Source of the DNA: Azolla caroliniana
Taxonomy: Eukaryota; Plantae; Polypodiophyta
DNA: 64,000 nt
Direction: 5' to 3'
NCBI GenBank assembly: GCA_043228905.1
Contig: JBHGNT010000012.1
Span: 18,476,001 to 18,540,000, forward strand
Shown here: one piece after another, positions 36,533-48,811 of the stretch
Layout of the letters: each line of letters opens with the position of its first letter
Position numbering within the stretch: the stretch's first letter is position 1
The notes under the pieces: generated by a model
Told to the model about the DNA's origin: nothing
The model's database searches: none
Seen by the model: only the letters and a program-made list of their open reading frames with translations
Position numbers and translations under genes: made by a program

Positions 36533-39500
36533 GTCCAGCCAAAATAGGAGCCGTTTGGTTGGACAGCCCTAGATCTGTGCAGCCCATTAGTGGTTCCATT
36601 CCCTCTAAGCAAGTTAGTGATGTGTTCGTAGCCCAAGTAGCAGTTAGTACTAAAAGTACCCCTCCAGTACATACCTTAGCCCTTCTAGATTCCGGAGCTA
36701 ATTCTTGCTTCATGGATAGGAATTTTGCCCGAGCTCATCAGATATCTCTCAAAAAGCTCCCATGTCCAGCCTCAGTAGTAGTCATTGATGGTCGTCCCAT
36801 TGCTTCTGGTAATATCATAGAAGAGTCGGAACCCGTTAATATTGTCCTAGATAACTTAACATGTGTAGTATCATTTAATATTATTAGTATTCCAGAACAT
36901 CCCATAGTTTTAGGATTACCATGGTTCGAGTTACATAACCCAGACATAGATTGGAGGACAAGGGAAATCCAGTTGCGACAAACCCAAGGATCTACCCAGA
37001 AGGTTGCAACCATTTCGCTACGTCAGTTGCGTGAGGAAGGGCGCAAGGAGGAAATGTTTCTCTTCGCAATATCAGTACAACCCTCCAGCACCACCAAAGA
37101 GGAGTCCACCGTTCAACTTCCCGAGAAGTATCATCAGTATGCTGATGTGTTCGATAAAGTACAAGCCAACACACTTCCTCATCATCGGCCGTACGATTGC
37201 GCCATCGACTTACAACCGGGAAAAGAGCCGCCATGGGGGCCGATCTACAATTTGTCACCAACCGAGCTAGAAGTCCTTCGAGCCTATATAGAGGAGAATT
37301 TGGAGAACGGTTTCATTCGGCATTCGAAATCTCCAGCCGGCGCACCCATTTTCTTCGTCAAGAAAAAAGATGGCTCGCTTCGACTCGTTGTAGATTACCG
37401 TGGCTTGAATAAGGTCACAGTAAGAAATAGGTATGCTCTTCCCCTTATCTCAAGTCTTTTAGAACGGATCAACGGTGCCAGGTTCTTCACGAAGATCGAC
37501 TTACGAGGAGCCTATAACCTCGTACGGATCCGACCAGGAGATGAATGGAAGACCGCGTTTCGCACCAGATATGGGCACTTCGAGTATACGGTCATGCCGT
37601 TCGGACTCACTAATGCGCCGGCAGTCTTCCAGCACATGGCGAATGATATATTTCGAGATCTCTTGGATGATTTTTTGATCATCTATTTGGATGATCTACT
37701 GGTTTATTCAAAGACCCAAGAAGAACATGATTCTCATGTACTATTAGTACTAAAACGACTTCGAGAACATGGTCTGTATGCAAAGTTAGAGAAATGTAGT
37801 TTCGGGTGCAACCAAGTGGAGTTTCTCGGCTATGTCATTTCCTCAGAAGGCATATCTATGGACCCAGCCAAGGTCAAAACGGTGATAGAATGGCACACTC
37901 CGCGTTCGGTGCGGGATGTGCAATGCTTCCTAGGCTTTGCAAATTTTTACCGGAAGTTCATACAAAATTACTCAAAAATTGTGCTGCCTCTCACACAGCT
38001 CACCAGGAAGGGACAATCATTCATCTGGTCTAAAGAGACGGACATGGCTTTCGAGAGTCTTAAGAAGGCGTTTACATCAGCTCCAATTTTAGGTCATGTG
38101 GATCCGGAAAAACCATTCATTATCGAAGCTGACGCATCGGATTTCGCATTGGGGAGCATTCTGTCACAACAAGGTAACGACGAGAAGCTACATCCTGTGG
38201 CTTTCCACTCCCGTAAGTTTGACGCCGCCGAAATCAACTACGAAATTCATGATAAAGAGCTATTAGCAATAGTTGATTCTTTTATGCAATGGAGGCATTT
38301 CCTGGAGGGATCTCCTCATCAGGTCACTGTATTCAGTGACCACAAGAACCTTGCCTACTTTCAAGATGCTCGTGTACTGAATCGACGTCAAGCTCGGTGG
38401 GCCCACTTCCTCACACGCTTCGACTTCAAAATTACATATCGTCCGGGGAAGCACCAAGGGAAGGCAGATGCATTATCACGGCGTTCGTATCTAACACCAC
38501 GTCCCGGTGAGCCAGCTTTCGATAACCAGAAGCAAGTAATCTTGGGTCCAGCACGACTGCAAGCAGCACAGGTCTTTGACATGCCCGTGGATTCCGACAT
38601 TACCAATATTATACGTGAGGACTTGAAGACTGACGCTTTCGCCCAAGCTATACTAGCACAAATTGACCCCTCTCGAGCGTCATGTTCACAATCACAATCA
38701 CCAGGTACGGATTATCGGCAATTCAAATACTGTGATGGATTACTCTTCTTTAAAGAACTTTTGTATGTTCCTAATGGTTCTTGCCGCCTTCAAGTAGTAC
38801 AAAACTGCCATGACACATATACAGCAGGACATTTTGGTAGTACTAAAACATTAGATTTAGTACAACGATCATTCTGGTGGCCCCGTATGCGACAATTTGT
38901 CGAAGATTTTGTTCGGACTTGCGATACATGCTGCAGAGCGAAAATGCCAAGACATCATCCATATGGTTTATTAGAACCATTACCAATTCCAAGCAAGCCA
39001 TGGCAATCCATTGCTCTTGACTTCATTACAGATCTTCCAGTCTCTAAGGGATTCAGTGCGATTCTCACAGTGGTGGATCGATATACGAAGATGGCTCATT
39101 TCTTACCATGTACTAAAGAAATATCTAGTGAAGACACCGCCGAAATTGTCATGCGGGAAGTATGTCGGCATCATGGACTCCCTGATAATATCATCAGCGA
39201 TCGTGGACCCCAGTTTGTGTCAAAATTCTGGAAGCACCTTTTTAAAATGCTGAAGGTCACTTGTAACCTCTCCTCCGGCTACCACCCACAAACCGACGGC
39301 CAAGCCGAACGAACAAATCAAACACTGGAGCAGTATCTGCGGTGCTTTCTCAACTATCATCAGAATGACTGGGCAGATATTCTTCAGTTCGCCGAATTTG
39401 CCTATAATAACGCTATCCACGCATCGACTAAAGTCACGCCATTCTACGCTTATACAGGATATCATCCCCGGTGGTGTGTCCTTGAAACCCCAGAAGTGTC

Positions 39501-40116
39501 CACAAATCCTTGCGCGGAGGATCGTTTGGAGCGGTTACGCAAGATACAAGCGGATTTATCTACTCAACTCCAGCAAGCTCAACAATCACACAAGGACTAC
39601 GCAGATCGTCATCGACTTCCATCCAGTTTTAACATTGGAGATCGGGTGTGGCTGCTACGACGACACATCAAGACTACTCGCCCATGTGAGAAGTTGGATT
39701 ATCGGCGATTAGGTCCTTTCCGTATTATCGGGAAGATTAATGATGTCGCTTTTCGTCTCGAGCTACCTCCGCAACTTCGGATACATCCGGTGTTTCATAG
39801 TTCTCTCCTCGAACCCTATCACGAGAGCACTATCCCAGGACGTACTATACAACCACCACCTCCTATCGAGCTCGAAGATGGACCTGAGTATGAGGTCGCT
39901 GCCATCCTCGATTCCAAGATTGTTCGCAACAAGCTCTACTATCTAGTCGATTGGCTAGGATATAGTCCCAGCGAGCGTACTTGGGAACCGATCGAGAATG
40001 TGACCAATGCTCGTGCTCTTCTAGAAGACTTCCATCGACGATATCCCGAGAAACCGGGTCCTCAATCCAAAACGACTCGTGGAACTCGTCGTTTTAAAGG
40101 GGGGATAGTGTCATAA
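36520..40116 (+). CDS. pol: Element B Pol (PR-RT-RNase H-IN-chromodomain) in the -1 frame relative to gag
   Basis: Uninterrupted ORF (track 36559-40116, open upstream to ~36505). LLDSGAN, YLDD, DASDFALG, HHCC, DDE core, GPF motif, chromodomain YEVAAILD..YLVDWLGY..TWEP. Confidence 0.96.
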   Translation, partial: VKRLSPAKIGAVWLDSPRSVQPISGSIPSKQVSDVFVAQVAVSTKSTPPVHTLALLDSGANSCFMDRNFARAHQISLKKLPCPASVVVIDGRPIASGNIIEESEPVNIVLDNLTCVVSFNIISIPEHPIVLGLPWFELHNPDIDWRTREIQLRQTQGSTQKVATISLRQLREEGRKEEMFLFAISVQPSSTTKEESTVQLPEKYHQYADVFDKVQANTLPHHRPYDCAIDLQPGKEPPWGPIYNLSPTELEVLRAYIEENLENGFIRHSKSPAGAPIFFVKKKDGSLRLVVDYRGLNKVTVRNRYALPLISSLLERINGARFFTKIDLRGAYNLVRIRPGDEWKTAFRTRYGHFEYTVMPFGLTNAPAVFQHMANDIFRDLLDDFLIIYLDDLLVYSKTQEEHDSHVLLVLKRLREHGLYAKLEKCSFGCNQVEFLGYVISSEGISMDPAKVKTVIEWHTPRSVRDVQCFLGFANFYRKFIQNYSKIVLPLTQLTRKGQSFIWSKETDMAFESLKKAFTSAPILGHVDPEKPFIIEADASDFALGSILSQQGNDEKLHPVAFHSRKFDAAEINYEIHDKELLAIVDSFMQWRHFLEGSPHQVTVFSDHKNLAYFQDARVLNRRQARWAHFLTRFDFKITYRPGKHQGKADALSRRSYLTPRPGEPAFDNQKQVILGPARLQAAQVFDMPVDSDITNIIREDLKTDAFAQAILAQIDPSRASCSQSQSPGTDYRQFKYCDGLLFFKELLYVPNGSCRLQVVQNCHDTYTAGHFGSTKTLDLVQRSFWWPRMRQFVEDFVRTCDTCCRAKMPRHHPYGLLEPLPIPSKPWQSIALDFITDLPVSKGFSAILTVVDRYTKMAHFLPCTKEISSEDTAEIVMREVCRHHGLPDNIISDRGPQFVSKFWKHLFKMLKVTCNLSSGYHPQTDGQAERTNQTLEQYLRCFLNYHQNDWADILQFAEFAYNNAIHASTKVTPFYAYTGYHPRWCVLETPEVSTNPCAEDRLERLRKIQADLSTQLQQAQQSHKDYADRHRLPSSFNIGDRVWLLRRHIKTTRPCEKLDYRRLGPFRIIGKINDVAFRLELPPQLRIHPVFHSSLLEPYHESTIPGRTIQPPPPIELEDGPEYEVAAILDSKIVRNKLYYLVDWLGYSPSERTWEPIENVTNARALLEDFHRRYPEKPGPQSKTTRGTRRFKGGIVS

Positions 40117-40398
40117 CTAGACTCGAACCCATAACCTTTTGTTACACGGGTCGAGACTTTACCATTAGGTTATGAATTGTAATTTGAAGGATATTATTTT
40201 CATTTAGGTTTTATTAGGAAATTGATGTATATTCCAGATTTCTCTGGAACATTCTAGAAACTTCAGGAATATTCCTGAAGACACTATAAAAGGAGGCGCA
40301 AGGCATTAGTTCGAACCAAATCGGTTCAACGCCAGTCTTAAGCCTTCTAACCACTGTTGTATATCTTCCTTCATATAATACATATATCTTTCGCATCA

Positions 40399-40456
<58 letters not shown>

Positions 40457-40589
40457 ACTCATTCCTTCTCTCAAAGTTCGACACCTCTCATAGTACTAAT
40501 CCTTCTCTGTCTTAGTACTATTCCCCGACAATAGTACTAATCCTTCTTTTAGTACTAATTCCTTCTCTGCCTTAATAGAGTTCCTGACA
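40109..40589 (+). repeat. 3' LTR of element B
   Basis: Direct repeat of 34789-35259. Confidence 0.97.
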
Positions 40590-40594
40590 CCCGT

Positions 40595-43403
40595 TGGCCT
40601 CCGGATTGTAGGCCGTTGTCAACGTTAACCGAACTCCATGTTTGGCGAAGAATCCCCTAGCTTTGTCCGAGTTGAGTTCTCCCCGGTCCGCAATCACTTG
40701 TCCTACGCAGCCGTACCTACAAAACACTTCTTCCAAAAGAAATTGGCACACCGTGGCACACGTTTTCCTCCGAAGCGCTCGACCTTCAACTTGGTTTGTG
40801 AGATCTTCTCGAGCTAACACCAAGTATTTCTTTTGTCCAATCCCGGTCGGCATAGCTACAATGTCGACCATCCACTTGAAGTTGATTGTCGGTGAGAATG
40901 TCGGATGCAGCTCATCTCGGTGTCGGACCCCGGAGTAGACTTGACATTTCTCGCAGCTTTCTGTGAACTCCGCGACATCTTTATACATGTTCTTCCACCA
41001 ATATCTCTGCTTGATTTTCACAAAAGTTGCCCATGTTCCTCGATGTCCAGCCCAATCGGATTCGTGGAACTCGGACATTATCCGGTTTCGTTGCTCTTTC
41101 GTCCCGACTACTCGAAGTGGTATCCCATCCGGTCTTTTCGGCGTCCTCCATATTAAACCGTTTTCCAAGAAGAACTTTTGGACTTGCCTCTTCTTCCTTC
41201 GGATCTCGGCTCTCCTTTCTTTATCATTGGTTGAATCCTCGACCTCTTGTAGCATCTTCCCGATCATCAAGGTTTCCCCCTCGTATTCTTCTTCCCGGAA
41301 TTCTCGGATCACGTTCACTCGGCATATGTGTTCTGACGTGAAGTAGTCTTCGGAAACTTCTTCATTATCTGATTCGGTTATGTCGTCTTCAAACCGCGCC
41401 CTCGATAACATGTCCGCTACCGCGTTGTCCTTCCCCGAGATGTGTCGAACCTCCGGATTAAGTGACTTGACATATGCAATCCACCTTAGCATAGCCACAT
41501 CCGGTATCGTACAACACCGCATCATCCCGAGTATCGGAAGACAATCCGTCTCGATCACCACTTCAGCTCCGATCAAATAATCCCGATCCGATTTTATCGC
41601 CGACACGACTCCCCACAATTCTCTTTTGACTTGTGCATATCCGCGTTGCCTTTCGTTGAGGACCTTTGCTCCAAATCGGATCGGATACCGCGAACCATCC
41701 GAGTTGGCTTGATTGATGACCCACCCGATACCGGTTGGACTTGTATCAACCGTTACTATGATTGGCCGCTCGTAGCTTGGCTTCTTAAGTGATTCCGCCC
41801 TCCATAGTGTCTTCTTGAGCTTCCTCATGGCTTTAGTGTGTTCCGGTTTCCACTCGAATTTCTTACCTTTCCGCAACAAGTGATAGAGCGGGTCCACTAT
41901 ATGTGCATAGTGCGGAATCCATATGTGATAGAATGCACACGCACCCAGAAACCTTCGGACTTCCGATGTTGACTCACATACTTCCTTCATAGCTTGAATC
42001 GCATCGATCTTTGTTGGTGACGGTCTTCGGCCGTAGGGTCCACATAGATGTCCGACCACCAATATTTCTTCTTGCCCGAATGCCGATTTCTCCCCGGAAA
42101 GTGTTAGGTGCACATCTTCTAGCTTTCGCAACACTTTCTCGCAGTCATGAATATGGTCGACCACGAACTTTCGGCATCCCCGATCATCCATAGTCTCATC
42201 TTTTTCTTCCACCGCGCATCCTTTCATCGGAATGTCATCTAGAAACGGCATCGTTATCTCCGGAATGCAATCTCGAAGCACCTTGTTCATCGCGTTCATC
42301 ATATGTGCAACCGAGTTTGTCGCTCCTTGTGGTAGTGTGCACATTCGAACTAGTCCTATCGGTGTCCGCATGGTAGTGATGTCTCGGCTCTCCACGGCTA
42401 GTTGGAATTGGTCATACCCCGAGTATAGGTCCCCGATGGAGTATATCGCACGTCCGGCAAAAGCTTCCGCGAATTCGTCCATTATCGGACCGACTCCCGA
42501 GTTCCGGATCGTGACCTTGTTCACCGGTTGTAAGTCTTGGATGAATCGGAGTGACCCATTCTTCTTCGGAACCGTAAACCATCGATTTGAGTACGGAGCA
42601 CTTGATGGCTCTAGAATCCCCATCGCCACCTTCTCCTTGAGCAAGTCGATGACTTTCGGAATATGCGCCCGTGGCACCGGAATCGGCTTCAGGTTCCACG
42701 GTACATGATCAATCGTGAAAATCACCATCGGCTCCACTATCTTTGGATCAATGCACCCGATCTCCCTCGATGTGAACGCGAATGCTTTGCCATGTTGCTC
42801 CAACATCTCTCGAAACCGTTTTTCTTCTTCTTGTAAGAGGAACCCACCTCCACCGATCCGAAGTTTCTTCCGGGTCTCATCTGTGAAGGCATGTCCGATA
42901 TCCACGGACTTCCGAAGTGTCGGATCTCCCGAGACTTCTTTCCTCTTTTGTTCGCTATCGGCGGGTAGTGGTCCCGCGGCCGGTTTCACCTTCTTCTCCA
43001 CGGTCTTGTATTTCGTACTTACCATTGCTTCTTCTTTGCGGAGCGCATCCGGCCCCATTTTCGCAACGATCTCGTACATCTCGACCGATTCCACCGGGAC
43101 TACCCGGTTCCCTTGGCTTTTATCTTCCGCAAGCTCTTCAAGCCGTTGTAGTGTATTCCCATAGAACACTTCCTCGATCACTCCCACGATTTCTTCGTCT
43201 TCTTTTATTATTGATGCCGACCGTAACTTATCCTCCACTTGTCGGTATTGTTTCTTCATTCCTCCGGTTACGGCCGTGTACGTAGATGCCCCATCCGGGC
43301 CGATTCGTACTTGTTTTGCTCCGAGAGTTTTCTTCCTGTGTGGGGTATCAGGGCTTCTCGGACTATCACTTCCCCACTCCGCAACAGTCCGCTTTAAAAA
43401 TCC
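40595..43403 (-). CDS. pol: Element G pol RT-RH-IN, open until interrupted by B
   Basis: ORF 40572-43259; LPQGATNS, MPFLDD, VDTSPTGIG, CEKC, WMVD. Confidence 0.9.
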
Positions 43404-45433
43404 ATTCTCACTTGGGACAAGAGTTCCCTCTTGTTCCTTTCGTGATTTGCCGGCACCGTTAGGAATTGGACGGATTTCCCTCCGTTTTGGCTCCGAATTC
43501 GCGCAAAAGCCGCACCACTATCGAGCACCTTCGTCTCCATCCGTGAAGTCGTGATAAAGGGTTGGCCGAGGATGACAGAATGTGAAACCTCATCCTGCAC
43601 AAAGAAATTTTGGTCAATTTCGACATCCCCGATCTTTACCGTCACATCCGGACAAGCCGCAAATAGGTCTTCTGTCGTTTTCGTGGCTGCCCGAATCTTC
43701 CATCCATGGTTGGTGTTTATAGGCCACTTCCCCTTTCGGTAGAACTCCTTGGACATCAAGTTGATCTCCGATCCGTGATCAATCAATGCTAGCACGGGTT
43801 CTTTGATGTTGCCGATTCGGACCGGAGTCTCCGTAGTCGCACGTGCCCAGTGTGGCCTTGTATAGTGGGAGTTCGGAATTTCGCCTTCCACTTCGGTGTC
43901 GTTCATTGAAACGGTATTTGCATTCACCCTTGGAGCATTTTCCTCCGTACTTTGTCTCTTCCTTTTCACGAGATCCACGAGAAGATCGTGAAACTCCTTC
44001 TTCGCTATTCCGAGTAGTTCCCGCAGCGAAAAATCTACCCGGCTATCCAAGATTCTTTCCTCGAACACTCTTTTCAAGTCGGTTTGTTGTTCTATGTCCG
44101 AGGCGAGCTTGAATGCCGGAGTCGCCTTTTCTTTTCCCTTACCTCCGGAGTTCCAGCTTTCCGGTATCTTCGATGGTCCGTCCGCATCCTCCGTGCGCCG
44201 TCGTTTCTCGTCCACATACACCTCATGTAATTGACACAGGGCGTATATGCTATTCTTGTCGACAGGGCACTCCCATCCCGTAGCTTCCCGGACGCCTTCC
44301 GCGGTGTTTCGGATATCGTTGGAGTCGGTTTTCTCGGTGTTTCCTAGCACCTCCGGCCAGAAAGACGCCTTCGCTCCCGTTGACTCCCCGACACATATTC
44401 CCGCGGTTGTCGCATAGTTGCTTCTTGCCGCTAACTCCTCCTCGAGCACCTTCTTCATGCCGCCTTTTCGGAAGTTCGGTCGGAGTGGCTTCCGAGAGTC
44501 CATCGAATGAATCCGGTTTCCCTCGTAGTAGATGAGATCCCGTCGTAGTGCCTCCTTATGGTCGTCGCAATCCCTCCGATCGTGTTCGGCGCTATCGCAC
44601 CATATGCACCGTCGATCCGTATATTTGGAGCTTGTGGGGCAGTCATCCGACTTCTTCACCATCGCGATCTTTAGATTCTCCATCTCCTTCAGCAACTGCT
44701 CCACCGTAGACGCGTCGACTCCCTTCTCGGCCGTAATCTCCCGAGCCCTCGGTTGATGGTCTTCCAGTCCCGTTCTCGGTTTCGGAATCGGTTCCGAAAC
44801 CCTCTTTTCTTCGTTGGCAAGCCATTGCCCCCTCTTCGTGTACCGCGCGACGATATCCCGCACGCTTTCCCATGTTTCGGTGAGGCCGCTTTCGGTGGTC
44901 GTGTCCTCAAGAAGCACTCCGAGATCTTTCCGGTCCCGGACGTCCACAGCTCACAAAAACATGATGACTTTGTCCGGTGCAAGAATAGTTTGATCTCTCG
45001 CGGACAACCTCCCGAACCGACTTTCGAATGTCGAAAACACTTCGAGGACCTTCAGCCCCTTACCTGACGTTTCCACCCAATCCTCGAATCCCCTCCGCGT
45101 TGCCTTGGAGGAGTCCTCGATGGCAAACGTGGTCTTTAACGCCTCTTCGAATGCTTCCCACGTCGGATTTTGTTGTTGCAACCCGTGGATACTCCCTTGA
45201 AGCCCGTCGGTCGCCACCCGGTTAAAGGATGTCACTTGCAGTCCTTCCGAAGCCCGGCACCGGAGCATCTCCGCCTTGTAGTCCTGCAAATATCGCGACA
45301 CATCCTTACCATTAAATTGCCCGTTGCGTTGCACGAGCCGCTCTACTGATGCCGAAATCTCCGACATCGTGCGTTGTTCTTGAAGCATCCGTTCGAACAT
45401 CGCCATCATATTGTTAGCTTGTTGAGCCTCCAT
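43394..45433 (-). pseudogene. Element G Gag-protease, single in-frame TGA at 44951-44953
   Basis: ATG at 45433 (MEAQQ); TGA where F has CGA; ends VRMDF. Confidence 0.9.
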
Positions 45434-45471
45434 CTCCTTGCCACCCGTTTTCACGTCGGGTTCACCAACTG

Positions 45472-46338
45472 TGTCGTGCCTTTCGGCTCCGGATCGTTGC
45501 GTGAGTCGGGTGGGAACCACAGAGGTCTTGGACTAGGAGAAAGAAGTTCGTGAGATAGAGATTAATTATGAGTAAATAGCAAAGAGAAGATAAGAAACTC
45601 GTGAATCACACGAGTATACTATATTAATTGGTACTTAGGGTGTTAAGAGAGAAGTAGATGTATAAATCGTGAATCCCACGAATAAATTTTGTATTGATTA
45701 ATACTTAATCCAAATAATCAACAACCCTTTACATATTTCTCTCCTCCTTATATAAGGGAGGAAGAGCTAAGCATGGCTTCATGCTTTTTTTTTACAAAAA
45801 GTGTTCATGTCCACTAAATGTGCATGTGATGCTTTTTTTATTTCCTAAGTATAGGGCTCATGCACGCTAGATGTGCATGAGTTATTTTTAGTGTCTCGTG
45901 TTTTTCTTTTTTTTTTCTTTTTCATATATTAAAAAAATACACGATTTACCTTTTAATAAAGGTATGCATAAATAAAGGTCTTATACGTATTAAATCTATA
46001 TTTAAAACACTTAAGATAATTTAATGTAATGGTAAGGTTGGGGTTTGTCAACGTGGAGGTGCAGAGTTTGAATCACGCCTTGCGCAGTAGTGAGTATTTC
46101 CTTTTTTTTTTTTACATTTATGTCTCTTTATCCGGCTCTTCCTTGCCGGTATGCCGTTTTCTTCCTTGCCGGTATGCCGTTTTCCTCCTTTCCGGTATGC
46201 CGTTTTTCCTCCTTGCCGGTATGCCGTTTTCCTCCTTGCCGGTATGCCGTTTTCTTCCGGTTCTCACCGAGCACTCCATTCTCTATCCGGAGGGACAAAA
46301 ATATAATTTCCACATAGTGTGCAACCTACACTACGACA
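45472..46338 (-). repeat. 5' LTR of element G
   Basis: Adjacent to the tRNA-Trp PBS. Confidence 0.96.
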
Positions 46339-46342
46339 CCGC

Positions 46343-46939
46343 GATCACAACATGGACAGTGCTACCGTGGAAGGAAGAGATGAGCCGGGAAGAACTACTA
46401 GCGGTCCGGATACGACAACTAGAGGGGAGACCGGCAGACATAGCGGAAGCAATACGCCGGCAACAAGAAGCACGATTAAGGAACAAAAGCCGGTTCGACA
46501 CAAAGCACCGACTACGACCGAGGAGGATTGAAGAAGGAGACTGGGTGATCGTCTATGACAGTAGTTTGGACCATCAACATACAACGATGCGGAAATTCGC
46601 GAAAAGGTGGTTCGGGCCATACGAGGTTCAGAAAGTCTTCGACAACGAAACGTACCGACTGTCTGAGTTGGATGGAACAATAATACGAGTGCCTATAGCC
46701 GGGAAGCGGGTGAAGATTTTCAAGAAGCAGACCGACGACAAACCCTATGTGATCCAAGCCAAGGCCGACAACGAGGAGCAATCGGACGAAGACCACGGTG
46801 ATGCGGGAAGCGAAGAAAGTGAATTACAACTCATAGTCGACATAAGGGGAGAATCGGAGGAAGCTTTGGGTGAAGACGGATATGGGGAATCGAGAACTTC
46901 GGCACATACCGGAGGATGTACGGGTTCGGAGGGGGCGAG
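46343..46939 (+). pseudogene. Element F integrase C-terminal part
   Basis: TET|AITTWTVLPW rejoins 33131; RWFGPY; acidic tail. Confidence 0.92.
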
Positions 46940-47643
46940 TGTCGTAGTGTATTCCACACACTACGTGAAAACCATAAAATAATATATCCGATTTTAGATA
47001 CATATAAATAGATAAATAATATATCAAAAGAATTTATCACGTGTGTAGGGCAAGATTCGAACCATGCACCTCCACATAGATAAACCCCAACTTTACCATT
47101 ATAATAACTTATCTTTAGTGTTATAAATATAGATTTAATACGTATTAGACCTTTATTTACACATACCTTTATTAAAAGGTAAAAATCATGTATTCTTTAG
47201 AGTGTGAATATTTTATTTACACGTGACATTAAAAGTGACTCATGCACATCTAGCGTGCATGAGCCCTATATTTAGGAAATGACAAAGCATCACATGCACA
47301 TTTAGTGTGCATGGACATTTTAGGTGAAAAAGCATGAAGCCATGCTTAGCCTCTTCCATCTTTATATAAGGAGGAGAGAAATATGTATAAGGTTGTTGAT
47401 TAATATACAAGATTGGATCAATCTAATATATTCGTGGGATTCACGAATTTTGCCATCTAATTGCTCTAATAATCTAAATATTGTTTTAATTACACTAAAC
47501 TCGTGGGATTCACGAGATTGCTATCTTACTTCTCTTTCCACTATTCATAACTAGCCTTAAGTTGTATTCCTCTTCCTCCTAGTCAAAAACCTCGGCGGTT
47601 CCCACCCGACTCACGCAACGATCCGGAGCCGAAGGGCACGACA
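46940..47643 (+). repeat. 3' LTR of element F
   Basis: Direct repeat of 21545-22248. Confidence 0.96.
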
Positions 47644-47647
47644 ACGT

Positions 47648-48121
47648 ACGATCTCCTCATGGGCAACCGTGGGCTGGAGAGACGAGATGAGACGAGAGGA
47701 ACTGTTGGCGGCGCGCATACGACAGCTCGAGCGAAGACCGGAGGACGTGGAGCAGGCTGCGGGAAAGCTTCGGGTGGCAAGGACGAGGAACAAAGCCCGG
47801 TTCGACCGGACGCACCGGCTCCGACCGAAGAAGATCGAGGAAGGCGACTGGGTGCTAGTCTATGACAGCAGCCTCGACAACCAGCACCGAGCAACACGGA
47901 AGTTCGCAAAAAGGTGGTTCGAACCTTACGTGGTACGAAGCGCAAACGACAACGGGACGTACCATCTGGCGGAACTCGACGGCACGAGAATGGCGATACC
48001 AGTAGCTGGGAAGCGGATCAAAGCGTTCAAGAAGCGTCACGACGACGAGCCGGATCCGGATAACCTGGACCGGGACGACGAACGATCCGAAACCGAAGAA
48101 GAACCAACGGGCGAGGAATAA
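47648..48121 (+). pseudogene. Element D integrase C-terminal part
   Basis: EELLAARIRQLE, RWFEPY; rejoins 21544. Confidence 0.9.
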
Positions 48122-48194
48122 AGGCTGGACCGGTTTTCTCCATCCCAACTCAATTTGGCGCATGCCGGTGGATGCGCGGTTAGGTGGGGGCGGA

Positions 48195-48811
48195 TGTCGT
48201 GAAGAAAACCGTCCACGAGCGGAATCGGTGCGCCGGAGCATAGGAACCGGCTCTTCATGCACGTACGCCTTACGTTATACATAGAAGATCCTAGGTAGGA
48301 AGATTCGGTAGGTAAGAAGTTAATAGGAAACGGCTCCCTTCTTGCCTATAAAAGGAGGGAGACGAGGAGGAGGAAGCGATAGCGAAGTAAGAGAGGACGA
48401 AGTGCTGTCGGATTGTGGGCCGAAGGCTTCTCTCTCTTCCAAACTCCATAGCTCCTTTCTGTGCAGGTTTCGGGAGGCTCGCGCTGCTCTGAGGAATGCC
48501 CGAGTGCTTCCGGTAGCACCTCCAACCTACTCCTTTCTTTCTGTGCGTTTACGAAGAGGCATCGGCATCTGTTCGCCGGCCTGTTCGGTTGTAACCGACT
48601 TCGTCCTCTTGTTGTTTTGTCTTTGTTAATACATACATACATTCGTGTCTCTATGTGTCGCTGTCCCACTCGCGTCTTTGGGTCGAAGGGCCGTGTCCCT
48701 GTGGATCTACGCTCGCACGTAGCGGGTCTCTTCTCCTTTCTCTCTTGCTCTTCGGTATAGGACCCCCAAGGTCCCGCCTCGTTCCACGCATCCGCGAGGA
48801 ATACCTCGACA
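48195..48811 (+). repeat. 3' LTR of element D
   Basis: Direct repeat of 15134-15750. Confidence 0.95.

Larger units (their letters stand above)
34789..40589 (+). mobile_element. Element B: intact chromovirus (Tcn1-like), innermost insertion
   Basis: LTRs 34789-35259 and 40109-40589 differ only in CT-repeat length as read. TSD CCCGT at 34784-34788 and 40590-40594. PPT AAAGGGGGGATAG. Open gag and pol. Confidence 0.98.
33132..46338 (-). mobile_element. Element G: Phygy-like Gypsy, close relative of F, inserted antisense in the integrase of F
   Basis: 867-bp LTRs 33132-33998 and 45472-46338 (no mismatch seen). TSD CCGT/CCGC. PBS 45451-45467; PPT complement CTCGCCCCCTCC. Confidence 0.96.
21545..47643 (+). 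mobile_element. Element F: Phygy-like Gypsy inserted in the integrase of D
   Basis: 704-bp LTRs 21545-22248 and 46940-47643 (about 5 mismatches). TSD ACGT at 21541-21544 and 47644-47647. PBS at 22253; PPT GGAGGGGGCGAG. Confidence 0.96.
15134..48811 (+). mobile_element. Element D: non-chromovirus Ty3/Gypsy (Phygy-like, inferred)
   Basis: 617-bp LTRs 15134-15750 and 48195-48811 (about 8 mismatches). 4-bp TSD CCGT at 15130-15133 and 48812-48815. tRNA-Trp-type PBS; PPT-like GGTGGGGGCGGA before the 3' LTR. Confidence 0.95.

Noticed and set aside
46029-46982. 317-aa ORF as a novel or env-like gene
   Set aside because: Chance fusion of G LTR repeat sequence to the F integrase tail at the insertion junction.
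21545-47643. Large inverted repeat (F versus G, A versus B) as a segmental inversion or assembly error
   Set aside because: The copies are diverged and have their own LTR pairs and TSDs, so they are independent opposite-orientation insertions.
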